From contig CADCGZ010000010.1 of the NCBI GenBank assembly GCA_902801025.1, forward strand, positions 1,551 to 65,550: 64,000 nucleotides of DNA, written 5' to 3'. Position numbers and translations under genes: made by a program. This DNA is from an uncultured bacterium. Lineage in GTDB: Bacteria > Verrucomicrobiota > Kiritimatiellia > RFP12 > UBA1067. This document shows, piece after piece, positions 16,302 to 24,908 of the stretch (position 1 is its first letter; each line of letters opens with the position of its first letter). The notes beneath the pieces were generated by a model. The model saw nothing but the letters and a program-made list of their open reading frames with translations. It had not been told where the DNA came from and did not search any database.

Positions 16302-17771
16302 ATGAAAACGACTGGAATCAGGCTCTCAGCATCTGTTTTGTTTTCCGCGGCGGTTTTATCCGCCTCCGCGGATGTCAGGCCCGCTGCCGTCTTCACCGAC
16401 GGCGCCGTGCTACAGGCAAAGCGGCCCGTGCCCGTGTGGGGCATGGCCGATCCGGGCGAAAAGGTCGTCGTCAAGTTCGCCGGCCAGACTAAGACGGCCA
16501 AGGCGGGCGGGGACGGCAAGTGGCGCGTCGCGCTCGATCCGATGGCGTACTCTTCCGTTGGACGTGAGCTGGTCGTCGGTTCGACGAAGTTCTCCGACGT
16601 CCTGGTCGGGGAGGTTTGGCTCGGCATCGGCCAGTCGAACATGGAGTTCTCCTTCGACATCTGCGAGGAGGGCAAGGTCGCGTCCAAGGGCGGGGTGATT
16701 CCGACGACCGTCAGGTACTTCCACCTGCCCAAGGACGGCGACGAGAAGCCGCGCGACATGTTTGCAGTGCCGGAGGGGACGAAGTGGCGCGCCTACACGA
16801 AGGAGAACGAGAAGGAGAACAAGCGCTCGTCGATGCTGTTGGCGCTGTTCGCGCAGAGGCTCTCCGCCGCGCTGGACGTGCCGATTGGCGTAATCGGCGC
16901 GGCTGTGGGCGGCGCGAACCTCGAGACGTGGATGAGCGAGGCGGCGATCGCCGAGGCTGGGACGCAGGAGGAGGCGGCGAAGCTCCTCAAGATGTGCGAG
17001 GGCTGGCACCAGAACGACATCAAGCGCTGGGAGAACCGTCCCGAGAGCGAGAAGAACAGGCCGTTCCCGAAGATCAACTACGAGAGCCGTCCGACGCAGG
17101 TCTGGAACGCGATGGTCCCTCCGCTCGCGCCGTACGCCGTGCGCGGCATGATCTGGTACCAGGGCGAGATGAACTCCGGCTGGCAGAAGTACGAGAAGCA
17201 GTTCCCGTTTTTCGTGAAGCACCTGCGCGCGGCCTTCGGCGTGACGGACCAGCCGCTCTACATCGTGCAGCTGCCCGACTTCAAGCAGGATCACTGGGTG
17301 CGCATCCGCGACGTGCAGCGCAGGATGAGCGAGACCGTCTCCAACTGCGAACTCGCCGTGACGATCGACGGCAACGAGCTCGAGCTGCATCCGAGGGACA
17401 AGACGAAGCTCGCCACGCGCCTTGCGAACCTCGCGCTCGCGGGATGCTACGGACGCAAGATGCTTGCGCGCTCGCCGGCGCCCGAGAAGGCCGCCGCCAA
17501 GGGCGGGAAGGTGCGCGTCGCGTTCAAGAACGCCGGCGATGGGCTCAAGCTGACCGAAGGCGCCGCGCCGCGCACGTTTGAACTCGTGGAGAAGGGCGAC
17601 AAGGGAGTCCCGGTCGAGGCGAAGCTCGTCGGGAAGAACGTCGTCGAACTGACCGTCCCCGAGGGAATGAGCGCGCCGACGCGCGTCAGGTACGCGTGGT
17701 CGCCGGATCCGGACGTCAACCTCGTCAACTCCGCAGACCTCCCCGCCACACCGTTCGAGATCGAGCTGTAG
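16302..17771 (+). CDS. Sialate O-acetylesterase-like (SASA/DUF303) carbohydrate esterase
   Basis: SD AAGGAGG at 16284-16290 and a signal peptide. Blocks VFTDGAVLQAKRPVPVWGMADPGEKV...GGDGKWRV and VWLGIGQSNME. Confidence 0.8.
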   Translation: MKTTGIRLSASVLFSAAVLSASADVRPAAVFTDGAVLQAKRPVPVWGMADPGEKVVVKFAGQTKTAKAGGDGKWRVALDPMAYSSVGRELVVGSTKFSDVLVGEVWLGIGQSNMEFSFDICEEGKVASKGGVIPTTVRYFHLPKDGDEKPRDMFAVPEGTKWRAYTKENEKENKRSSMLLALFAQRLSAALDVPIGVIGAAVGGANLETWMSEAAIAEAGTQEEAAKLLKMCEGWHQNDIKRWENRPESEKNRPFPKINYESRPTQVWNAMVPPLAPYAVRGMIWYQGEMNSGWQKYEKQFPFFVKHLRAAFGVTDQPLYIVQLPDFKQDHWVRIRDVQRRMSETVSNCELAVTIDGNELELHPRDKTKLATRLANLALAGCYGRKMLARSPAPEKAAAKGGKVRVAFKNAGDGLKLTEGAAPRTFELVEKGDKGVPVEAKLVGKNVVELTVPEGMSAPTRVRYAWSPDPDVNLVNSADLPATPFEIEL

Positions 17772-17836
17772 GCGCTGACAGTTGCGGAATGACATTTCTG
17801 CCACGCTGAATTTTCAACAACATAAAGGAACACCCC

Positions 17837-20800
17837 ATGAAGACAAAACTCCTTGCGATTGCGGCCGCCGCCGCGTCAGTTGGTTTCGGAGCCGCGCAGC
17901 CGGCCTACCTCGACACGTCGCTCTCCTTCGAGGAGCGCGCCGCGGACCTCGTCTCGCGCATGACGCTCGACGAGAAGTGCGACCAGTTGGGACGCACGAC
18001 AAAGGCGGTGCCGCGCCTCGGCGTCGCGCGCTACGACTTCTGGAACGAGGCGCTGCACGGAATCCAGAACGGAACAGGCGAGGGCACTAGCTTCCCGATG
18101 CCGCTTTCGCTCGCCGTGACGTGGGACGAGGATTTCATCCGCCGCGTCGCTGAGGCGATCGCGGACGAGTGCCGCGGGCATTCCCAGCCCGTCGCGCAGG
18201 GCGGGCGCGGGCGCGGGCTCTCCTACTGGTGTCCGACGATCAACCTCGCGCGCCATCCCCTCTGGGGCCGCACGAACGAGGCCTGGGGCGAAGACCCGTA
18301 TGTCGCCGGCATGCTTTCGAGCGCGTTCGTCGAAGGCATGAAGGGCGACGACGCGAAGTACCTCAAGACGGTCCCGACGATCAAGCACTACGCGCTCAAT
18401 GACCACGAGAACCAGCGCGGCTCTACGTCGTCCGACGCAAGCGAGGCCGACATCCGCGACTACTACGCGCGCGTCTACCGCTACGTCGTGGAGCGCACGG
18501 ACGTCCCGTCGCTCATGAGCGCGTACAACGCCGTCAACTACACGCCGTCCTCCGGCAACCCGTTTCTGCTGACGACACTTCTCAGGGACACCTTCGGCTT
18601 CACCGGATTCGTGGTCTCCGACTGCGGCGCGATCGACAACCTCGAGCGCCAGCAGAAGTGGCGTCCGGACAGGAACACGGTGCAGCCGAAGAACTACCGC
18701 ACCGTTCCCGGAAAGGCGCTCTCCGACTACGTCGACGACAACGGCGTCGTGACGAAGCCCGGCTCCGTTGCGCTCGCGCTCATGGCGGGATGCGACATGG
18801 ACTGCAACGGCGACATCTATCCCTCCAACGCGCGCCGCGCGGTTGCCGCTGGGATACTGGACGAGAGCCAGGTCGACCTCAACGTCTACCGCAGCGTACT
18901 CGCACGCTTCAAGCTCGGCGAGTTCGACCCCGCGGGCAAGGTCGCTTGGCGCGGCGAGAAGTACTCTTTCGCAAACACGGTCGAGACCAAGGAGCACCGC
19001 GCGCTCGCCGACGAGGCGGCCGCGCGCAGCGTGGTGCTGCTCAAGAACGAGGGCTCGATCCTTCCACTCGACGTAAGGAAGATGCGCAGGATCGTAGTGG
19101 TAGGCGACGGCGCGGACACGTGCTTCCTCGGCAACTACCACGGCAAGCCGAAGGAGAAGAACCGCATCTCGTGCTACGCAGGCATCGACGACTACCTCTT
19201 CGTCCACAACCGCGCGACCGAGCTCAAGCTCGTCGACAAGTTCGGCGAGGACGGCGCGATAAGGGAGGAGGACAAGGCGGCAATCGCCGCGGCTGACTGC
19301 GTCATCGTCGTTGCGACCGACACGCACGACGACTCGAGCGAGGGCAAGGACCGCGAGGCGCTCGTGCTCTCGCGCAGCCAGGACAAGATCGCCGCGAACG
19401 TCGCCGCGATCAACAAAAACACAGTCGTGTTCGTCCAGACCTCGAACGTCGTCGAGCTCGGACGCTTCAAGGACGCGGTCAAGGCGATCCTCTGGTCGTC
19501 GCAGAACGGACAGGGCCAGGGCGTCGGACTCGCCCGCCAGCTCTTCGGCGACGTGAACCCCTGCGGCAGGCTCGTCTTCACGTGGTTCGCGAAGGAGAGC
19601 GAACTCCCGGGCATCCGCCAGTATGGTCTCAGGGAGAAGTTCCTTCCCGAGGAGAAGGACTATCCGAACGGCGGCTATACGTACCGCTATTTCAAGGGCG
19701 CGGTCGACTATCCGTTCGGCTACGGACTCAGCTACACGACGTTCAAGTACGGCAAGGCGTCCGCAAGCGCGAAGAGCGTGGACGCGAACGGCAAGGTCAC
19801 GCTCTCCGTAGATGTCACGAACACCGGCAGGCGCGAGGGCTCCGAGATCGTTCAGGCCTACGTCGTCTATCCGAAGGGATGTTCGCTCCCAGCGAAGGAG
19901 ATCAAGGGCTACGCTAAGGTCGACCTCAGGCCGGGCGAGACCAAGACGGCGAAGATAGTCGTCGACGTTTCCGACTGCGCGTTCTGGGACGGAAGGCGCC
20001 GCGTCGTTCCGACCGGAGACTGGACGGTCGAGATAGGCGCGTCCGCCGAGGACGTCAAGGCGCGCTTCCCGCTCAAGGTCAGCGGACGCCTCGTCGATGC
20101 CGTCGCCGTCGTGACGCCCAATCCCTCGGACGTCGTCGTGGTGCAGGGCAAGACTGTCAAGACTGACCTTCGCTTCTCGCTCAAGGACGACACGATCCTC
20201 CCCGCGTCCGCCGCCAAGGTCGCATACACGTCGTCCAATCCCTCCGTCGCGTCCGTCGACGCGAAGGGCGTCGTGAAGGGCTTGAAGCCCGGCGTCGCCA
20301 CGATCACCGCCAAGGTCGACTACAGGGGTTCCGTGAAGTCCGCGTCGTTCCCGATTGCCGTGACGGACGGGAAGCCCGACACCACCGACGTCTCGAAGGA
20401 CCTCGCCGCGGCGGATGCGCCGCGCGCGGCCGAGAAGCCGAAGGCGGCGCTCTACGACCGCGACGCGCTTGAGGAAGCGATCAGGGTCAAGGTCGTCGGT
20501 GATGACTACGACCCCGCGACGCTGGCCGCGTACTACGCCGGGATCCAGAAGGCCCGCGAGGTGTTCTTCGACGGGAACGCGACCGCGGCGCAGGTCGACA
20601 AGGCGTGCCGCGATCTCCTCGCGGTGAAGTCCAACCTGCGCGACTACAGGTACGTCGTGGCGGACTTCCGCGCTGCCAACCGCCTCTGGCACTTCAACGC
20701 CGGCAAGAGCATCTGGGTCAACTGGGCGCGCATCCGCGACGCCGTGGGCCGCGAGGTCGAGAGCGACTTCACGTCGCACGACCCGAAGAAGCTCGAGCTC

Positions 20801-22135
20801 CGGTTCACGATCACGCTCGAGCCGTCCGACTACCGTACGCCATTCGCCAAGGCCATCGCCGGCGGCTCGTGGATCAAGCTGCGCTCGCGCGACGTCGCGC
20901 AGAAGGACAACGACCCAGACCTCCAGGTGTTCGGCGGGAACCTCGCGGACAACAACGAGCACAACTACGGATGGAACGCGTGCGACTACATCAAGGACTG
21001 GGGCCGCACCGAGGTCGTGATCCCGCTCGCGACGGTCAATCCGGACGGGACGACGGGACTTCCGCTGGTCGACAAGGGCTTCCGCGCGAAGGGGCCTGCG
21101 CACATGTCGCGCGGCAAGATCGACTGGTCGACGATCGACCGCGTGTTCATGAACTTCAACTTCCAGGACGCGTTCAAGAAGTCCGCCTCGGCGACCGCCA
21201 AGGTGGAGAACTGCCGCGTCGTCGACGTGACGCTCGAGGAGGAGCGCGAGAAGGTGGCCGCGATGCTCGACGAGAAGCTCGAGGGCGGCTGCGGCTGCCC
21301 CGACAAGATCGCTGTCTGCGAAAGGGCGTCCGAGGCCGCCCGTGCGGCGATCGCCGGCGAGAACGTCGTCGCGCTGCGCAAGGCCGCGGCCGAAGTCCGC
21401 GAGGCGCGCCAGTCCGTGGGATATGCGGTCAAGGTCGACAAGTCCGCGCTCAAGGCGGCCCTCGCCGCGCAGGCCTCCGGCCTCGCGAAGTACACGAAGG
21501 AGTCCGCCGAGGCTTACACCGCGCTCTTCGCCAACGCGCGCCGCGTCTTCGACGATCCGAAGGCGACCCAGCTGGAGGTCAACCGCGCGGTCCGCTCGCT
21601 CAAGGGAGCCGGGGACGTGCTGAGGCTCGTGCGCGTGCCGCCGCGCCGGATAGCGACTCTGCTCGAAGGGGAGAAGAGCGTGGAGCAGCACGGACTCTTC
21701 GTCGCGGCGGACGCAGGGCTCGACCTTGCGGCGGACGATGGCTATGACGTCACCGTTCGCTACGAGGTGAAGTTCGAGTGCACTCACCCGAACGCGCCGA
21801 AGGACAACAAGTGGCTTCGGAAGCTCGTCAACGGGCGCGCGCGCGCCTGGGGCGTGAAGCGCGGCGGAAACGACGCCGTAGTGGTCGGCTCTGTGAGCTG
21901 CCTGAAGGACAGCCCCCTCGCGGTGTACGAAAGGCCCGGCGAGTGGATGGTCGTGACGCACAAGATACCCGTCGCGCAGCTCCCGGGCGGAAAGCTCACC
22001 CGCTTCGAGACCGGGCTCTTCAACGACGGCAACGGATACGTGGCGGATCCGCCGGACGGAAACAACTGGAACAACGACACGGGCATTAAGATGACCGTCC
22101 GCGACATCGCCGTCTACACCGACAGGCCGGAATGA
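17837..22135 (+). CDS. 1432-aa multidomain GH3 glycosidase (GH3 core + Ig-like Big_2 + FIVAR-like helical repeats + unknown C-terminal domains)
   Basis: GH3 core blocks YDFWNEALHGI, KHYALNDHE, GFVVSDCGAI. Big_2-like block VAYTSSNPSVASVDAKGVVKGLKPGVATITAKV. Helical repeats such as YTKESAEAYTALFANARRVFDDPKATQLEVNRAV. The C-terminus is homologous to the 10250-10801 product. Confidence 0.85.
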   Translation: MKTKLLAIAAAAASVGFGAAQPAYLDTSLSFEERAADLVSRMTLDEKCDQLGRTTKAVPRLGVARYDFWNEALHGIQNGTGEGTSFPMPLSLAVTWDEDFIRRVAEAIADECRGHSQPVAQGGRGRGLSYWCPTINLARHPLWGRTNEAWGEDPYVAGMLSSAFVEGMKGDDAKYLKTVPTIKHYALNDHENQRGSTSSDASEADIRDYYARVYRYVVERTDVPSLMSAYNAVNYTPSSGNPFLLTTLLRDTFGFTGFVVSDCGAIDNLERQQKWRPDRNTVQPKNYRTVPGKALSDYVDDNGVVTKPGSVALALMAGCDMDCNGDIYPSNARRAVAAGILDESQVDLNVYRSVLARFKLGEFDPAGKVAWRGEKYSFANTVETKEHRALADEAAARSVVLLKNEGSILPLDVRKMRRIVVVGDGADTCFLGNYHGKPKEKNRISCYAGIDDYLFVHNRATELKLVDKFGEDGAIREEDKAAIAAADCVIVVATDTHDDSSEGKDREALVLSRSQDKIAANVAAINKNTVVFVQTSNVVELGRFKDAVKAILWSSQNGQGQGVGLARQLFGDVNPCGRLVFTWFAKESELPGIRQYGLREKFLPEEKDYPNGGYTYRYFKGAVDYPFGYGLSYTTFKYGKASASAKSVDANGKVTLSVDVTNTGRREGSEIVQAYVVYPKGCSLPAKEIKGYAKVDLRPGETKTAKIVVDVSDCAFWDGRRRVVPTGDWTVEIGASAEDVKARFPLKVSGRLVDAVAVVTPNPSDVVVVQGKTVKTDLRFSLKDDTILPASAAKVAYTSSNPSVASVDAKGVVKGLKPGVATITAKVDYRGSVKSASFPIAVTDGKPDTTDVSKDLAAADAPRAAEKPKAALYDRDALEEAIRVKVVGDDYDPATLAAYYAGIQKAREVFFDGNATAAQVDKACRDLLAVKSNLRDYRYVVADFRAANRLWHFNAGKSIWVNWARIRDAVGREVESDFTSHDPKKLELRFTITLEPSDYRTPFAKAIAGGSWIKLRSRDVAQKDNDPDLQVFGGNLADNNEHNYGWNACDYIKDWGRTEVVIPLATVNPDGTTGLPLVDKGFRAKGPAHMSRGKIDWSTIDRVFMNFNFQDAFKKSASATAKVENCRVVDVTLEEEREKVAAMLDEKLEGGCGCPDKIAVCERASEAARAAIAGENVVALRKAAAEVREARQSVGYAVKVDKSALKAALAAQASGLAKYTKESAEAYTALFANARRVFDDPKATQLEVNRAVRSLKGAGDVLRLVRVPPRRIATLLEGEKSVEQHGLFVAADAGLDLAADDGYDVTVRYEVKFECTHPNAPKDNKWLRKLVNGRARAWGVKRGGNDAVVVGSVSCLKDSPLAVYERPGEWMVVTHKIPVAQLPGGKLTRFETGLFNDGNGYVADPPDGNNWNNDTGIKMTVRDIAVYTDRPE

Positions 22136-24798
22136 CTTGCGCATCCTTCATCTTCTTTGCTGCAGTCCGCATCGCGCAGCCCTCGCCCGGGCTCGCGGTG
22201 GACGACTTGATCGTGTACACGCACGACGTGACGGAGTTCGGCGCGGACAGGCAGGGCGGCAAGGACTCGACGTCCGCCATACAGTCCGCACTCGACGCGG
22301 CGGCGAAGGAAAAGGGCGGGACGGTGTATCTTCCCGCCGGGCGCTACAAGGTCGAAGGGCGGCTCAAGGTGTCCGGCGGCGTCACGCTCCGCGGCGAATG
22401 GCTCGCGCCCGACAAGGGCGGACTCGGACGAGGGACGATACTCATGGCGTATGCGGGGCGCGGCGAGGAGAAGCCCGATTCGGGCGCGTTTCTCGACGTT
22501 TCGTCCGGTGCGTGCCTGCGGGATGTCGGAATATGGTACCCCGAGCAGAAGGCCGACGACCCCGTGCCGTATCCGGCGGCAATACGCGGCCACGGACACA
22601 GCACCGTATTCAACGTCACGCTCTACAACGCGTGGACCGGGTTCTGGAACAACGACTGCTCGTCGATGCTTATCCGCAGGATGTACGGCACGCCGCTCAA
22701 GCTCGGCGTCCACGGCGCGTACGCCTACGACATCCCCCGCATCGAGCACGTCGCGTTCTCGCCGAAGTACTGGTCCGAGTCCGGGCTGCCCGGCGCACCT
22801 AAGGGCGTGGCGCTTTCGAAACTTAAGTCCTTCCTCCTGAAGAACCTTACGTGCATCCAGGGCGGCGAGCAGGACTGGGGCTACTGGTGGGACCTCGATC
22901 TGGAATACTGCCACAAGGGGCTTTTCCTGACGGCGATTCCCGACGACGCAGTGAAGAAGGTCGTGCCTGGGAACATCTGCGCAGGAAACGTGAAGGTGCG
23001 CAACGCGGGAGTCGGCATTTTCATCGAGAACGCCGGATATCCCGGGTTCATGCTTACCTACGGCGACATTTCCGCCAGGACGTGCCCCGTATACTTCGCG
23101 GACAAGCCGGACTACTCGAAGTACGAGGAGATGGGCATAAGGCCGTCCTACCAGAGGACGTCCTCGCTCCTCTTCACGGGCGTCACCTTCAGGGGCGGAA
23201 AGTATTCCGTGGCGTCCGCCAAGGTGGGACCGTACGGAATCAACGTCGCCGACTGCACCTTCACCGGATACGAGCGCGCGGCGCTGCGGTCCGCCACGGG
23301 GAACATCACCGTCGCGAAGTGCAGCTTCATGCAGAAGAGGATTCCTGCGTTCGAGCTGACGGACAAGGTCGACCAGCTGGTGCTGGTGGGAAACTCGTTT
23401 TCCGGTCCGTCCGACGTCAAGGGCTGGGAAAAGGACGACAGGCGCATAATACGGGAGGACAAGATGGCGAAGGCCGTTCCGTCGATCTCCTACAGCTTCA
23501 ACCATGTGCCGAGGCGGCGTCCGCAGGGAAATGGAATATGGGACGTCTGCGACTTCGGCGCGGCGCGCGGGACTCTCGAGGCAATCCCGCGGGAAGACTC
23601 GACCGCCGCGTTCCAGAAGGCGCTTGACGCCGCAAGGGGGAAGGGCGGCACGGTGTACGTTCCGGCCGGTATATACCGCCTCGACGGCGCGCTGAAGGTC
23701 CCGACAGGCGTCGAGTTGCGCGGCTCATTCGAGGGCGCGCACTACGGCAACTCGACCTCGGCGGGGACGCAGCTCTGGGTCTACGGCGGGAAGGACCGTC
23801 CGTCCGGGCAGCCGTTGGTCACGCTTTCGAAGGGCTCGGGGTTCAAGGGCTTCACGGTGTTCTATCCGGAGCAGGGGTGGATTGACGGTCCCGGAGCAGC
23901 CGAGGCCGAGCGCGTCAAGAAGTATCCGCCGACCGTGCGCACTTCCCAGGACTGCTGGGTGCAGAACTGCACCATCGTGTGCTGCTGGACTGCGATCGAC
24001 GCCATGACGCAGAGGAGCGACAACATAGAGATCGTGGACGTCACGGGTGCGGCGATGAAGACGACTCTAGAGATAGGGCACGGCACCTCGGGCGGAGTCG
24101 TTCGCGACCTCCACTTCAACTATTCCAACTGGACTCACCAGGGTCGCTTCCCGAACAGGCCGAAGGCGGTGGACGGGAAGGACGGGCTCGTGGAGTACAC
24201 AAACCGCGAGGTCAACGGACTCGTCCTCGGCGATGTGTCGAAGGTCGACTTCTTTTCGTGCTTCAACATCCTCGTCTCCGATCAGATCGTCCTCGAACGC
24301 GACAGGTTCACGGGCGGGTCGTTCCGCGGCAAGATGTGGGGCGTCGCGTTCGACGCCGCGCACAACGGCGTCGTTGGGCGCGCCGGTTGCAACGCGGTAA
24401 TAGGGCTTGTTGCGTCCATGGGCGTCTTCAACCAGCGCGGCGGCGGACACTACGCCGTGACCGACCCCGAGTTCCGCGGGCGGATCGTCTTCTCCAACGC
24501 CGACCTCTGGGGCGGCAGTTCGAAAATCTCCGACGTCAACGGCGGGTCCGTCACGTTCTCCCAGCTGCTGTCGTGGTGCAACCTCGAGGCCGTATGCCGC
24601 AAGGGCGGAGAGCTGAACATGATTGCCAGCACATTCGTCGGCGACCATGTCGGACACAACGACAAGCGCGACTGCATAAGGTTCGAGTCCGGATCGAAGG
24701 GAATGGCCGTCGGCAACCTCGACTGCAGGAAGCGGTTCAAGACGACGTTCGACCCGTCTGCCAACGTGACGCGCTCCGCGAACGGACCGTACGAGTGA
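22132..24798 (+). CDS. Tandem right-handed beta-helix protein (two Pectate_lyase_3-type modules; GH55-like architecture)
   Basis: The ATGA overlaps the upstream stop. Two copies of the PF12708-type opening are present: VTEFGADRQGGKDSTSAIQSALDAAAKEKGGTVYLPAGRYKV and VCDFGAARG...STAAFQKALDAARGKGGTVYVPAGIYRL. Confidence 0.65.
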   Translation: MTCASFIFFAAVRIAQPSPGLAVDDLIVYTHDVTEFGADRQGGKDSTSAIQSALDAAAKEKGGTVYLPAGRYKVEGRLKVSGGVTLRGEWLAPDKGGLGRGTILMAYAGRGEEKPDSGAFLDVSSGACLRDVGIWYPEQKADDPVPYPAAIRGHGHSTVFNVTLYNAWTGFWNNDCSSMLIRRMYGTPLKLGVHGAYAYDIPRIEHVAFSPKYWSESGLPGAPKGVALSKLKSFLLKNLTCIQGGEQDWGYWWDLDLEYCHKGLFLTAIPDDAVKKVVPGNICAGNVKVRNAGVGIFIENAGYPGFMLTYGDISARTCPVYFADKPDYSKYEEMGIRPSYQRTSSLLFTGVTFRGGKYSVASAKVGPYGINVADCTFTGYERAALRSATGNITVAKCSFMQKRIPAFELTDKVDQLVLVGNSFSGPSDVKGWEKDDRRIIREDKMAKAVPSISYSFNHVPRRRPQGNGIWDVCDFGAARGTLEAIPREDSTAAFQKALDAARGKGGTVYVPAGIYRLDGALKVPTGVELRGSFEGAHYGNSTSAGTQLWVYGGKDRPSGQPLVTLSKGSGFKGFTVFYPEQGWIDGPGAAEAERVKKYPPTVRTSQDCWVQNCTIVCCWTAIDAMTQRSDNIEIVDVTGAAMKTTLEIGHGTSGGVVRDLHFNYSNWTHQGRFPNRPKAVDGKDGLVEYTNREVNGLVLGDVSKVDFFSCFNILVSDQIVLERDRFTGGSFRGKMWGVAFDAAHNGVVGRAGCNAVIGLVASMGVFNQRGGGHYAVTDPEFRGRIVFSNADLWGGSSKISDVNGGSVTFSQLLSWCNLEAVCRKGGELNMIASTFVGDHVGHNDKRDCIRFESGSKGMAVGNLDCRKRFKTTFDPSANVTRSANGPYE

Positions 24799-24838
24799 GG
24801 CGCATAGTCGCCGTGATTGGCAAACGGATTTCTTCGTT

Positions 24839-24902
24839 GCGCATTTTTCACGATTATTTTTGCGAATAATTCGCGCAATGCTTGTCTGCCTTGTGGTACA
24901 AT
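24839..24902 (+). promoter_or_regulatory. Direct-repeat operator + extended -10 promoter, site b (drives the GH92...GH63 unit; leaderless)
   Basis: GCGCATTTTTCAC (24839-24851) and GCGAATAATTCGC (24862-24874), followed by N19 and TGGTACAAT (24894-24902). The ATG at 24909 is the predicted +1. Confidence 0.6.
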
Positions 24903-24908
24903 CCAAGC

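Noticed and set aside
17876-22144. Very long antisense ORFs: 1422 aa here, and also 35162-37324, 39293-41245, 43785-45893, 55294-57414, 60135-62132, 10845-12044, 13667-15184 and 25239-27011 on the minus strand.
   Set aside because: These are classic high-GC shadow ORFs. Each lies exactly opposite a + strand gene with unmistakable family motifs. Their products are Arg/Ala/Gly/Val/Asp-rich low-complexity strings with no recognisable domains, signal peptides or SD context.
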